Virus record (IMG/VR): IMGVR_UViG_3300033429_000001
Location: 8,742 to 72,741 of that record
DNA: 64,000 nt
From: a virus
Reading direction: 5' to 3' (one strand)
Made by a program: the position numbers and the translations under genes. The notes beneath the pieces were generated by a model. It saw only the letters and a program-made list of their open reading frames with translations. It ran no database searches and had not been told where the DNA came from. Shown here in pieces: positions 55,809 through 64,000 of the stretch; the stretch's first letter is position 1; each line of letters opens with the position of its first letter.

Positions 55809-58505
55809 ATGGGAATTGTTGTTGATGTTGTCAGGGTAGCACTGGAAACCGATGCTCCCCCCAATACCCAAGATATTACAGGCGCGCTAGGCGGACTGAC
55901 AGCCAAAGCTGCTATTTTTATTGTCACCCAGGCAACAGCAGACGATACGGCAACCGCGCATGCTCAATTGAGCTATGGCGCTGCCACCGGCGCATCGAAT
56001 CAGTGGTGCGTTTCATTTAGCAATGAAGATGGACAAGCTAACACAGACACATACGGATCAACCGACAGCGACAAGGTGTTTCGGATAAATACACCAGGGA
56101 CCGGTACAGTAGACGGCGAGGGCGAATTCGATTCCTTTATCGCCAATGGTGTTAGAATTGATATAACAAATGCTCCGGCTGCTGCATATTTATTGACAGT
56201 CGTCCTATTTGCTGGCTCAGATTTGTCTGCGCATGCCAACAATGAGGCGTTGGGCAACGCACTGAATAATGCGGTGAATATCACCGATCCTGGCTTCGAG
56301 CCAGATGACGTTTTTACCGCCATTATCGCTCCCCTAGGGGTAGACGCAGCAGGGACAAGCCCATTTCCGTCATATGGTTTGGTTCACAATGGCGGATCCG
56401 TTATCCAGCGTTGTATTGCACATTTATTTGGTAACGGTGCAGCTGAAGGTGGACCTGACGGACGATGCACCGAAACGTATGGGATTATGCAAATTGCCTC
56501 TTCTGCTGCACTTGACTGGGGCGGGGAATTTAGTGATTTTGATGCCGATGGGTTCACAATAACAACGAGAAATGCGGGGGGAAACAACACGTCGTTGTTT
56601 TATTTGGCCCTGAATTTTGGTGGTGCTGTATCATCTACAGTTGCAACAAATGATACCCCGGTTGCAACTGGCAATGACGCCCAAACGTGGTCAGGGTTTG
56701 TGCCACAATTTGTATTCAACATAATGACCCATTTTGAGGCTATTGATACCGCTTATAATAGCTCTCCACTGGCAGGCGCTCAAGGATTTAGTGCATTCAC
56801 GGCATCAAACGAGTATTCAAATTCCGTGGCCGACGAAGATGGGGCAGCAACCACCGACACCCAATCATTAGTAGATGATACCGCCGTTAATATCCCAGAG
56901 GATGACGGGAGTGCCGGCCCGACTGCATCATTTGTGTCGATGGACGCAAACGGCTATACGCTGAATTATTCAGTAGTAGAAGCTAATGCAAAAAAATTCT
57001 TTGGATTGGCAATTGAGGAAGAGGGAGCAACCACGACTACTACCACAACTACAACTACAACTACCACGACCACTACAACGAGTAGTAGTACAACATCCTC
57101 AACTACCTCAACCACCTCAACTACCTCAACTACCTCGACTACAAGCACAACTACTACAACGAGCAGCACAACGACAACCAGCACGTCTACTACGTCTACT
57201 ACTACAACGAGCAGCACAACGACAACCAGCACGTCTACTACGTCTACTACTACAACCACGACCACAACCACCACAACGACGACGACCACCACCTCCAGTA
57301 CAATCTCAACGACGACAGTATCGACGACAACACTCCCGCCCATTGCACCATCTGCTGTAACCACATATTTCGATCCCAATGCCCAGGCCACCTATAGCCT
57401 GTGGCTCAAAAGTCCATCCGGTCAGTTGCTGCAAATAATTGACAACTTTTTCTTTCTGGAGCTAGTCAGGGCAACTAATGCCATAGGGTCGCTAAAAATT
57501 ATTGTCGAAAAGGCTAACATCCTGGATGATTTTTTACAGCCAGACGGCATCATTGAGGTTTGGCGTAAATTGACTGGTACCAGACGGGCCTACCTGGAGG
57601 GCGAGACTCAATGGCGGATTAAAAAGACCAGGGAAACGTCAACGCAGAGCGGAACTCAATTAGAGATTATTGGCCTGGACAATCAAGAGCTTCTCAACCG
57701 GGCGGTAGTGGCATATTATAGTGGCTCAGCCTCTGCCAGTAAATCAGGTGCGGCTGGTTCCGTGATGCGTGATATGGTTTATGAAAATATGGACGAGACC
57801 GGGGCCATAGATGTTGATAGATGGTTAGCGGGCGGATACGATAGCGCATTCTTCCAAGTAGAGGTAGACCGGGGGCTTGGTGAGACGGTGGCTATTAGTG
57901 ATACCGTCGGCAGAAAGTTGCTCAATCAGTTACAAAAAGTTGCAGCACAAAGCAAGAAATTGGGCACGTATATGTTTTTTGATATGCCGACAATAAGCGG
58001 AAACTTGGTTGAGTTCAGAACATACAAGCAGCAACGCGGTAATGACCACGGCAGCGGAAGCGGCCAAGAGGTGACGCTAGATGAGAAAAATGGTACCTTG
58101 CAAAACGCTGTTCGAACAATAAACTATACCAATACGTTCAGTGTGGCCTATGCCCTGGGCGGTGGGGAAGAGGACCAACGAAAAATAGGCACTGCCACCA
58201 ATGATACCTTGATAAACCTGTCGCCATTTGGCAGAATCGAGGCATCGCGCGATAGCCGGCAGATTACCGCACAGGCCACCCTGGACGATGTGGCTGAGGA
58301 ATTCTTGAGACTGGGTGATGAGGTAACGATTATCAACGGGCAATTGGTTGACGGGGCGCTGCGGTACGGCGTAGACTATTATTTTGGCGACCGCCTGCTG
58401 ATTGGGTTTGGTAATCAAACCTATACCGGTCGGATCAATGGCATTAAAATCACAGTGCAAGACGGGAAAGAGGAAATCAGGTCAGCGTTAGAGGTAGAGA
58501 CATGA
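55809..58505 (+). CDS. Minor tail protein: beta-rich N-domain, ~100-aa Thr/Ser linker, siphovirus Gp37-like tail domain
   Basis: C-terminal LELVR..N.IG.L, ALGGGE...R, PFGRIE..RD, RYGVDY.FGD. Confidence 0.8.
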   Translation: MGIVVDVVRVALETDAPPNTQDITGALGGLTAKAAIFIVTQATADDTATAHAQLSYGAATGASNQWCVSFSNEDGQANTDTYGSTDSDKVFRINTPGTGTVDGEGEFDSFIANGVRIDITNAPAAAYLLTVVLFAGSDLSAHANNEALGNALNNAVNITDPGFEPDDVFTAIIAPLGVDAAGTSPFPSYGLVHNGGSVIQRCIAHLFGNGAAEGGPDGRCTETYGIMQIASSAALDWGGEFSDFDADGFTITTRNAGGNNTSLFYLALNFGGAVSSTVATNDTPVATGNDAQTWSGFVPQFVFNIMTHFEAIDTAYNSSPLAGAQGFSAFTASNEYSNSVADEDGAATTDTQSLVDDTAVNIPEDDGSAGPTASFVSMDANGYTLNYSVVEANAKKFFGLAIEEEGATTTTTTTTTTTTTTTTTSSSTTSSTTSTTSTTSTTSTTSTTTTTSSTTTTSTSTTSTTTTSSTTTTSTSTTSTTTTTTTTTTTTTTTTSSTISTTTVSTTTLPPIAPSAVTTYFDPNAQATYSLWLKSPSGQLLQIIDNFFFLELVRATNAIGSLKIIVEKANILDDFLQPDGIIEVWRKLTGTRRAYLEGETQWRIKKTRETSTQSGTQLEIIGLDNQELLNRAVVAYYSGSASASKSGAAGSVMRDMVYENMDETGAIDVDRWLAGGYDSAFFQVEVDRGLGETVAISDTVGRKLLNQLQKVAAQSKKLGTYMFFDMPTISGNLVEFRTYKQQRGNDHGSGSGQEVTLDEKNGTLQNAVRTINYTNTFSVAYALGGGEEDQRKIGTATNDTLINLSPFGRIEASRDSRQITAQATLDDVAEEFLRLGDEVTIINGQLVDGALRYGVDYYFGDRLLIGFGNQTYTGRINGIKITVQDGKEEIRSALEVET
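57028..57332 (+). repeat. Thr/Ser codon-rich low-complexity tract with an internal 48-bp duplication
   Basis: Encodes TTTT...SSTT using mixed ACN codons. Confidence 0.9.
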
Positions 58506-59599
58506 GTGATCTTGATCTGACGAGAAGGGTGCTGGAAATAGAGGACCAGATCGTTACACCCCAGACTGTCGAGGTTCCTGCCGGGGTGGACCCGATAGGT
58601 CATACTCATTCTAATTTTAATGCCATCATTAACGGCGATGCAAATATCTGGGAGCGAGGGACAAGCTTTGCAGCCGTTGCTAATGGCGATTATACGGCAG
58701 ATAGATTTCACTATGGAAAAACATCAGCAGCCGTTCATAGAATTTCTAGAAGTACTGATGTTCCGACACAAGCCGAAAGCGGCCATCTATCGAATTATTC
58801 TATAAAGATCGACTGTACCACTGCGGACGCGACAGTTGCGGCGGGTGACCTGGCGTGGTTCTCCCAGAGAGTCGAGGGATTTAATTTTGCTCCACTTGTT
58901 GGTGACACGGCGTATTTGTCGTTTTGGGTCAAGGCCACAAAAACGGGTATTTATTGCGTGGCTTTAGGCAATTCGGGGTCTGATAGAAGTTTTGTGAGCG
59001 AATTTACTGTAAATTCGTCTGAGACCTGGGAGAGAAAATCAATCACGATTCCGTTTGATTTTACCGGGGGAACCTGGGATTATGTCAATGGTATAGGATT
59101 ACGGACAATATGGACACTGATGTCTGGTAGTACTTTTCTAACAACAGCCGATGCATGGCAAAACGGTAACTTCTTTGCTACAGCCAACCAGGTTAATGCC
59201 TGCGATTCTACAGCCAACGATTTCTACCTGTCCAAGCTTCAATTAAGGAAAGATAACCCAGATTTTTATGTACCAACCAGATTGATCGATGATGAATTGG
59301 TTGGCTGTCAGAGATACTGGGAGATATTAGGCGGAGATAATGCTCTCAATGCGATACAACTACAGCAATATGTAGCCGGGGTTACGTTCCTGATCAACAC
59401 TGTTTTTTACCAAAAGAAGCGCACGGTCCCGACGGTGACAAAAAATGGCACTTGGGCAGTCACGAATTGCGGACAACCTATAGTAGATCAACCGGCACGT
59501 AGCACGTGCCGAATTTATGCTACTTCTTCCGGGGCCGGGAATACAAGTTTCACTACAAATAGCACAGACGACACAATTACAGTGGATGCGGAATTATGA
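58502..59599 (+). CDS. Tail fibre / receptor-binding protein
   Basis: NAIINGD..IWERGTSF, YTADRF, LSFWVK, EL..CQRYW motifs common in phage fibres. Confidence 0.8.
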   Translation: MSDLDLTRRVLEIEDQIVTPQTVEVPAGVDPIGHTHSNFNAIINGDANIWERGTSFAAVANGDYTADRFHYGKTSAAVHRISRSTDVPTQAESGHLSNYSIKIDCTTADATVAAGDLAWFSQRVEGFNFAPLVGDTAYLSFWVKATKTGIYCVALGNSGSDRSFVSEFTVNSSETWERKSITIPFDFTGGTWDYVNGIGLRTIWTLMSGSTFLTTADAWQNGNFFATANQVNACDSTANDFYLSKLQLRKDNPDFYVPTRLIDDELVGCQRYWEILGGDNALNAIQLQQYVAGVTFLINTVFYQKKRTVPTVTKNGTWAVTNCGQPIVDQPARSTCRIYATSSGAGNTSFTTNSTDDTITVDAEL

Positions 59600-59862
59600 T
59601 CAAAACTGTACAGAGGCAAGAGAACAAATCAGGGGAATTGATTGGGTATTTCGTAAATAGTAAGACGACTGTACCGTTGAACCCAGAACATAGACTTTAC
59701 CTTGAAGTTTTGAAATGGATAGAGGCGGGGAATGTACCGGAACCGGTGGACGTTATCATTCCGCCGGACACCACCGAACATGACGCGGCCCTGGCCAGAC
59801 TAAAAGAGATGGCCAAAACAGATAGCGGGATAGCTGATATTTTAATTTTGTTAGGGAAATAA
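59596..59862 (+). CDS. Tail fibre chaperone-like protein
   Basis: VPLNPEHRLY...KWIEAGN.PEP. Confidence 0.7.
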   Translation: MIKTVQRQENKSGELIGYFVNSKTTVPLNPEHRLYLEVLKWIEAGNVPEPVDVIIPPDTTEHDAALARLKEMAKTDSGIADILILLGK

Positions 59863-59890
59863 AAAAAGGCCCCATGCGAAGGGCCTTTTT
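59862..59890. terminator. Bidirectional terminator
   Basis: AAAAAAGGCCC-loop-GGGCCTTTTT between convergent genes. Confidence 0.85.
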
Positions 59891-59912
59891 ACTTTAGCCG
59901 TTAGGGTGATAT

Positions 59913-60572
59913 TTATAGCTCATTTATCCCGACGGCCCCGCTCAGATTGGCCCCGCTCAGATCGGCCCTTCTCAGATCGGCCTCGCTCAGATTGGCCCCG
60001 CTCAGGTTGGCCCCGCTCAGGTTGGCCCAGCTCAGGTTGGCCCAGCTCAGGTTGGCCCACCTCAAGTCAGCCTCGCTCAGATTGGCCCCGCTCAGGTTGG
60101 CCCCGCTCAGGTTGGCCCACCTCAAGTCAGCCTCGCTCAGATTGGCCCCGCTAAGATTGGCCCCGATCAGGTTGGCCCACCTCAAGTTGGCCCCGCTCAG
60201 GTTGGCCCAGCTCAGGTTGGCCCACCTCAAGTCAGCCTCGCTCAGATTGGCCCCGCTAAGATTGGCCCCGATCAGGTTGGCCCACCTCAAGTTGGCCCCG
60301 CTCAGGTTGGCCCAGCTCAGATTGGCCCCGCTCAAGTCGGCCTTGAACAAGTTGGCCCCGATCAGGTCGGCCCCTTTCATTGACCATGCTGGAAAAAGAC
60401 CAGCACTTACGCCATACCCCCAATATTTCTTTAACGGTGAATATTTCAAGAGCTTCAATTGAAATTCTTTTGTGAGATCAATCTCTAATTCAGTTCCGTA
60501 TGCCGCCGTAAAATCGGCAATTGCTATCGGGCAGGCATTGATTCTTTCCAAGTCTTTTACTGTTAGTTTCAT
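59913..60572 (-). CDS. Pentapeptide-repeat protein
   Basis: About 29 A(N/D)L(S/R)x repeats after a ...INAC... N-terminal domain. Confidence 0.93.
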   Translation of the reverse strand: MKLTVKDLERINACPIAIADFTAAYGTELEIDLTKEFQLKLLKYSPLKKYWGYGVSAGLFPAWSMKGADLIGANLFKADLSGANLSWANLSGANLRWANLIGANLSGANLSEADLRWANLSWANLSGANLRWANLIGANLSGANLSEADLRWANLSGANLSGANLSEADLRWANLSWANLSWANLSGANLSGANLSEADLRRADLSGANLSGAVGINEL

Positions 60573-61303
60573 TTAATTAGCTCCACTTGACCATTTTTCC
60601 TACAATGCGCTTTGTGTCCGTTAAGCTGCATGGACCTCTCGAACGCTTGACCACACTCACATACAAAATTCTTGCTCACACCCCGCTTGGCCTGCGCCTC
60701 GGCCTTGCTCAGGTCTGCCTTGTATTGCGCTCGAAGCCGACGCTTACCTAGCTCATTGAGTACTATGGCTTGCTCAACCTTAAGTTCGATTTCGCTGACT
60801 TCCATATCGAGCATGGCCTTCTTTTTGCTCACCTCTAGCTGGAAGTCTATCTGCTTTTGCTCCCTCTCTAGCTCATTGACATCTGCCAGGCCAACACCGA
60901 TAACCACGAGCATCGGCACCCCGGCGACGACAAAATTCCAACAATTTTGTAGCCAAACTGAGCTAAAAAGGGCGTTTACAGAGGAGAATCCAGCCTGCAT
61001 GAAGTACAGATACGGTATTGCTACTAATGGCAAGCTGAGAGCAAGCAAGCAGATAACAGCCAGCAAACTGTACCACCCTAGCGAGCAAACCCTCAGCAAA
61101 CGCCATTTGTTGAGGATAAAGGCCAGAGCAAAACCCTCTAGCACGGCCATACTAACGCCAGCTACGATTTCAGCTACCCCCAAGCCAGTATGTAAACTAC
61201 CCTCAGCTACAAATCCAGCGCTTAGGGCGAAAGCGCCAGCAAAGCGAGGTATGGCGATAGTGACAGCAGCCACCTTGAGCAAATTCGCTTGATTCATTTT
61301 CAA
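60569..61303 (-). CDS. Four-TM protein with coiled coil and C-terminal C2H2-like zinc finger
   Basis: Hydrophobic N-terminal half; FVCECGQAF....LNGHKAHC; GGAGG RBS. Confidence 0.75.
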   Translation of the reverse strand: MKMNQANLLKVAAVTIAIPRFAGAFALSAGFVAEGSLHTGLGVAEIVAGVSMAVLEGFALAFILNKWRLLRVCSLGWYSLLAVICLLALSLPLVAIPYLYFMQAGFSSVNALFSSVWLQNCWNFVVAGVPMLVVIGVGLADVNELEREQKQIDFQLEVSKKKAMLDMEVSEIELKVEQAIVLNELGKRRLRAQYKADLSKAEAQAKRGVSKNFVCECGQAFERSMQLNGHKAHCRKNGQVELIK

Positions 61304-61414
61304 CCTCCGTAAACTTCATTTAACTTACGCCAACCTCCCCCAACTTACGCCAACCTCCACTAGCTGTAGAATTTTCTGAAATCCAGGGGAGGTTGACGTA
61401 ATGGGGGGCAAAAT

Positions 61415-61609
61415 TTATTTGGGCCACAATCGCCCATTTTTGTCAGAGTAGACTTTCCCCTGACACTTCAATTCCCAGACCGTTTTGTGTACCTCTTGCC
61501 GATGGCCCTCTGCCACATAATCCCATGCGTCCCGCCATCGCCAGGGTGGGATGCCGCGCCAGAGGGCGATCACGGTAAACCAAAACAGGTTGTTGATGCT
61601 AACTCTCAT
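61415..61609 (-). CDS. Hypothetical protein
   Basis: AAGGAG RBS. Confidence 0.55.
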   Translation of the reverse strand: MRVSINNLFWFTVIALWRGIPPWRWRDAWDYVAEGHRQEVHKTVWELKCQGKVYSDKNGRLWPK

Positions 61610-62018
61610 TTTTTGTACTCCTTTTCAGTTTCGCCAGGCCGTTCAATGCCGTCGTCCTGCTTACCGCCGCCTGCAGGCGGTCGGCCAAGGTCTGCAACTC
61701 CTGCCCGATTTCTTGGACAAAAAATTTGTCGCATTCAACCGGGGGCTGATCTGCTTTGTACAGTTCGGCCAGGCGGCGCAGTTGCTCGATGAGTAGCGTG
61801 TCATATGGCTCGTCGGGCGTGAGGCCGATGTATAGCTGTCCGGAGTCGAGCATGCCCAGGCCGAGGCCTGGGCTGCCGTGGTCGCTGGTCTTGTGGTAGG
61901 CCGAGATGATATTCATCTCGGCCAAGATTTCGGCGAAGCCGGCGCGGATGGCGTTGGCTTCCTCTTTGGTGATTTGGGGGAAATAAATTCCGAGTGTTGT
62001 CATCCTATCTCCTGTCAC
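61599..62018 (-). CDS. Hypothetical protein
   Basis: AGGAG RBS before the internal ATG (MTTLG); leftward operon. Confidence 0.65.
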   Translation of the reverse strand: MTGDRMTTLGIYFPQITKEEANAIRAGFAEILAEMNIISAYHKTSDHGSPGLGLGMLDSGQLYIGLTPDEPYDTLLIEQLRRLAELYKADQPPVECDKFFVQEIGQELQTLADRLQAAVSRTTALNGLAKLKRSTKNES

Positions 62019-62475
62019 TAATCAACTGTCGTATTTCTAGCGCGACTGGCCAGTAGTCGCCAGTTGCGCGGTCGTATTGTAAAATAACCGGTGGCGTAAC
62101 CGTAATCTGGATAACGGCGGCTGAAATCATTTGAGTGATAACTGGGAAACCAGACGGTACTATATAGACAGTCCGATAATGACTAGATTTGAGTTTTGCC
62201 GCTACACGTCTGACGATTGATTCCAGATCGGTAGTCAGGTCGTCAGCGTTAAATGGCGACCCTCCGATGTTTCCATCGCTGGCGTAGAATATCTCGCCAG
62301 CTGGGAAACGACTTTCATCAAAACTGTGGACACCACGATTAGCGACGATAACCAATGAGGACGAGTCGTTGTTTTTGTTATTATTGATGGCGGCTATGAT
62401 GCCAGTGGCAATGTGGTCGAGCGAATTATCGCTAATAGCGTAGTTTTTTAGGACGGACATAATTTGCTGTTTCAT
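62005..62475 (-). CDS. Hypothetical protein with a SAVED/CARF-like C-terminal pattern
   Basis: VYIVPSG.P......ILQYD....Y resembles the SAVED C-terminal half; not verified. Confidence 0.5.
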   Translation of the reverse strand: MKQQIMSVLKNYAISDNSLDHIATGIIAAINNNKNNDSSSLVIVANRGVHSFDESRFPAGEIFYASDGNIGGSPFNADDLTTDLESIVRRVAAKLKSSHYRTVYIVPSGFPVITQMISAAVIQITVTPPVILQYDRATGDYWPVALEIRQLISDRR

Positions 62476-62550
62476 TTCGATTTCCTTGGCGTGGCGTGGC
62501 TAACGAAAGATGCCCGTCCCGGCGCAACGCCGAGACGGGTCTGGGTTAAT

Positions 62551-63228
62551 TTAGCTGTGCTTGATAATGTCGGCTTTGTGAGCGACGTCGTCGAGGTACG
62601 CGGCCAGGCTGCGGGCCGCGGTCTCGTTGCTGAATACCGGGCCGTCTGCGTCTTCGTGACCGTCTGCACCGAGGCCGATAAAATCGTCGTCGAGCGCGAG
62701 GTCGTCTCGCCAGTCGCCGGTTGGCTGCGCGTGGCATTCGCGGCGCAGGTACTCATCAAACGCTCGTTGTACCGCGCTGTTTGCGCGGTTGCTGCCATCT
62801 GTTTCAAAATAAACTTCGTATACCATTTTTACAACCACCACGAGAGGAATATGGTTGGTGGTGCAAGCATCGACAATCGATGGATAAAAATATTCTGAAT
62901 CATCATCTGTGATAATGATCTGATTGAGTTCGATTTCATCTTGTTGTTCGCGGCTAAATTCGAAACGGACGTAATGCTTGCTGCTAGTATTCCATATGAT
63001 ATGTCCAGATGCCCACCATTCTGGACATTCAAAACCCCATGTCCAGACACATTCTGCCTGGACGGAAAGGGAAGCCCGAAGGCCAGGTGAGTTAGAATGT
63101 TCTAATTCAAACTCACATTTGCCGTCATAGGCATTTTCAAGTCCAGATGCTAACACGTCAAAAGCCAAATCAAGACGGTTTAATTGATCAGCGAATATAT
63201 CCGAGAATTTTTCTTTTGTTATTTTCAT
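62551..63228 (-). CDS. Acidic hypothetical protein
   Basis: AAGGAG RBS. Confidence 0.65.
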   Translation of the reverse strand: MKITKEKFSDIFADQLNRLDLAFDVLASGLENAYDGKCEFELEHSNSPGLRASLSVQAECVWTWGFECPEWWASGHIIWNTSSKHYVRFEFSREQQDEIELNQIIITDDDSEYFYPSIVDACTTNHIPLVVVVKMVYEVYFETDGSNRANSAVQRAFDEYLRRECHAQPTGDWRDDLALDDDFIGLGADGHEDADGPVFSNETAARSLAAYLDDVAHKADIIKHS

Positions 63229-63306
63229 TTTAATCTCCTTAATCTTGATAATCCGTCACACTTGATGTGTGACCAGTACCCTCCATCGGGTCGAATTGTG
63301 ATTATT

Positions 63307-63651
63307 CTATCTTGCATCCTCAAATTCAATTCCGAGGCTTTCGCAAAGTGCCGCTCCACCATCGCTGCAAACTTCGGCGGCCACTGTAACCCCGGCAAAA
63401 TTATTCAGCATTTTGGCGTAACCGTTGCCGGTATGACCGGTTTTGGTTTCAACGTGCCAGCCTTCGCAACCGTCAGCGATCAGGTAAGCGACCGCTTCGC
63501 CGTCAACTTCACCGACCAGGACTTGGATTTCGTCATCTTCGTCGGCGTCGTCCAAATCAGCTAGTGGCCCAAACGTCCATACTTGCAACGTTCGCCACTT
63601 TTCGGTCAGTTTGTCAAATTCGTTTGTGGTTTGAATTTTGCGAATTTCCAT
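63307..63651 (-). CDS. GNAT-like acetyltransferase
   Basis: VGEVDGEAVAY...HVET...HTGNGYAKML (motif A-like)...LCESLG. Confidence 0.65.
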   Translation of the reverse strand: MEIRKIQTTNEFDKLTEKWRTLQVWTFGPLADLDDADEDDEIQVLVGEVDGEAVAYLIADGCEGWHVETKTGHTGNGYAKMLNNFAGVTVAAEVCSDGGAALCESLGIEFEDAR

Positions 63652-63679
63652 TTGTTTGCTCCGTGACTTTCTAGCTATT

Positions 63680-63756
63680 ATTATACCACATTATAGCTAT
63701 AATGTCAACCCCTTTTTCTCTACAATCTCACCAATTTTTCTCTACAATTTGTAGAG
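63680..63756 (-). promoter_or_regulatory. Consensus leftward promoter with operator-like repeats, copy E
   Basis: Minus strand TTGACA-17-TATAAT; perfect palindrome ACATTATAGCTATAATGT (63688-63705); TTTTTCTCTACAAT twice at a 22-bp period. Confidence 0.85.
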
Positions 63757-63791
63757 TTTTGACACATCCTGCTAATTTTAATTTTCCTGCG

Positions 63792-63880
63792 CTTCTCCCT
63801 GTCTGCAATCTTCGCGCTAGGATTGCTTTTAATTATCGCGCTGACTGGCCCAGGAGGTCACCAGTCGAGACAGGGAGGAG
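63792..63880 (-). ncRNA. Candidate three-stem structured RNA, copy 2
   Basis: Closing stem CTTCTCCCTGTCT/AGACAGGGAGGAG; compensatory changes relative to 7718-7800. Confidence 0.55.
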
Positions 63881-64000
63881 AGCGGGAAGCTCTCGTTACC
63901 CCCACAATGTGGGGAATTGATTGTTAGTTGACTTCATCATAGATGTTTTTGGCCAGATCATCGTTGTTGTCGCTGGTGAACATTAAGTTGAGCGCATCTT

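Noticed and set aside
56966-57391. Poly-Val ORF on the minus strand, and similar antisense ORFs over the pentapeptide, TMP and capsid genes
   Set aside because: These are shadows of low-complexity or biased coding on the opposite strand.

Overview
The window is most of a tailed dsDNA (siphovirus-like) phage or prophage, probably infecting Chloroflexota (two ORFs carry the LYLPVVMK/IHLPVIVK-type motif typical of Chloroflexota exported proteins). Left to right it holds: a replication module (HTH initiator with internal iterons, DnaB), DNA methyltransferases, LysM/holin-like genes, ParB and radical-SAM genes, TerS and TerL, portal-MuF fusion, protease and HK97-type capsid, a ~15 kb glycosyltransferase/sugar-modification cluster, a tail module (frameshifted chaperone, tape measure, beta-propeller Dit, Thr-rich tail protein, fibre), and leftward early-gene cassettes with shared promoter modules. 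The standout is a self-contained cassette between TerS and TerL (14683-16778). It has a promoter, an attenuator-like leader, an unknown ORF, ten stem-enclosed units of CCA-N9-TGATACCCA-N9-TG, and a nuclease-less Nop-domain (IS110 C-terminal-like) protein. This reads as a stem-loop TIGR-Tas (TasA-like) RNA-guided system, with four of the guide units lying inside protein-coding sequence. Several other structured non-coding elements are present in two covarying copies. All calls are by eye; no database searches were run. No integrase, repressor, endolysin, tRNA or CRISPR array was recognised.
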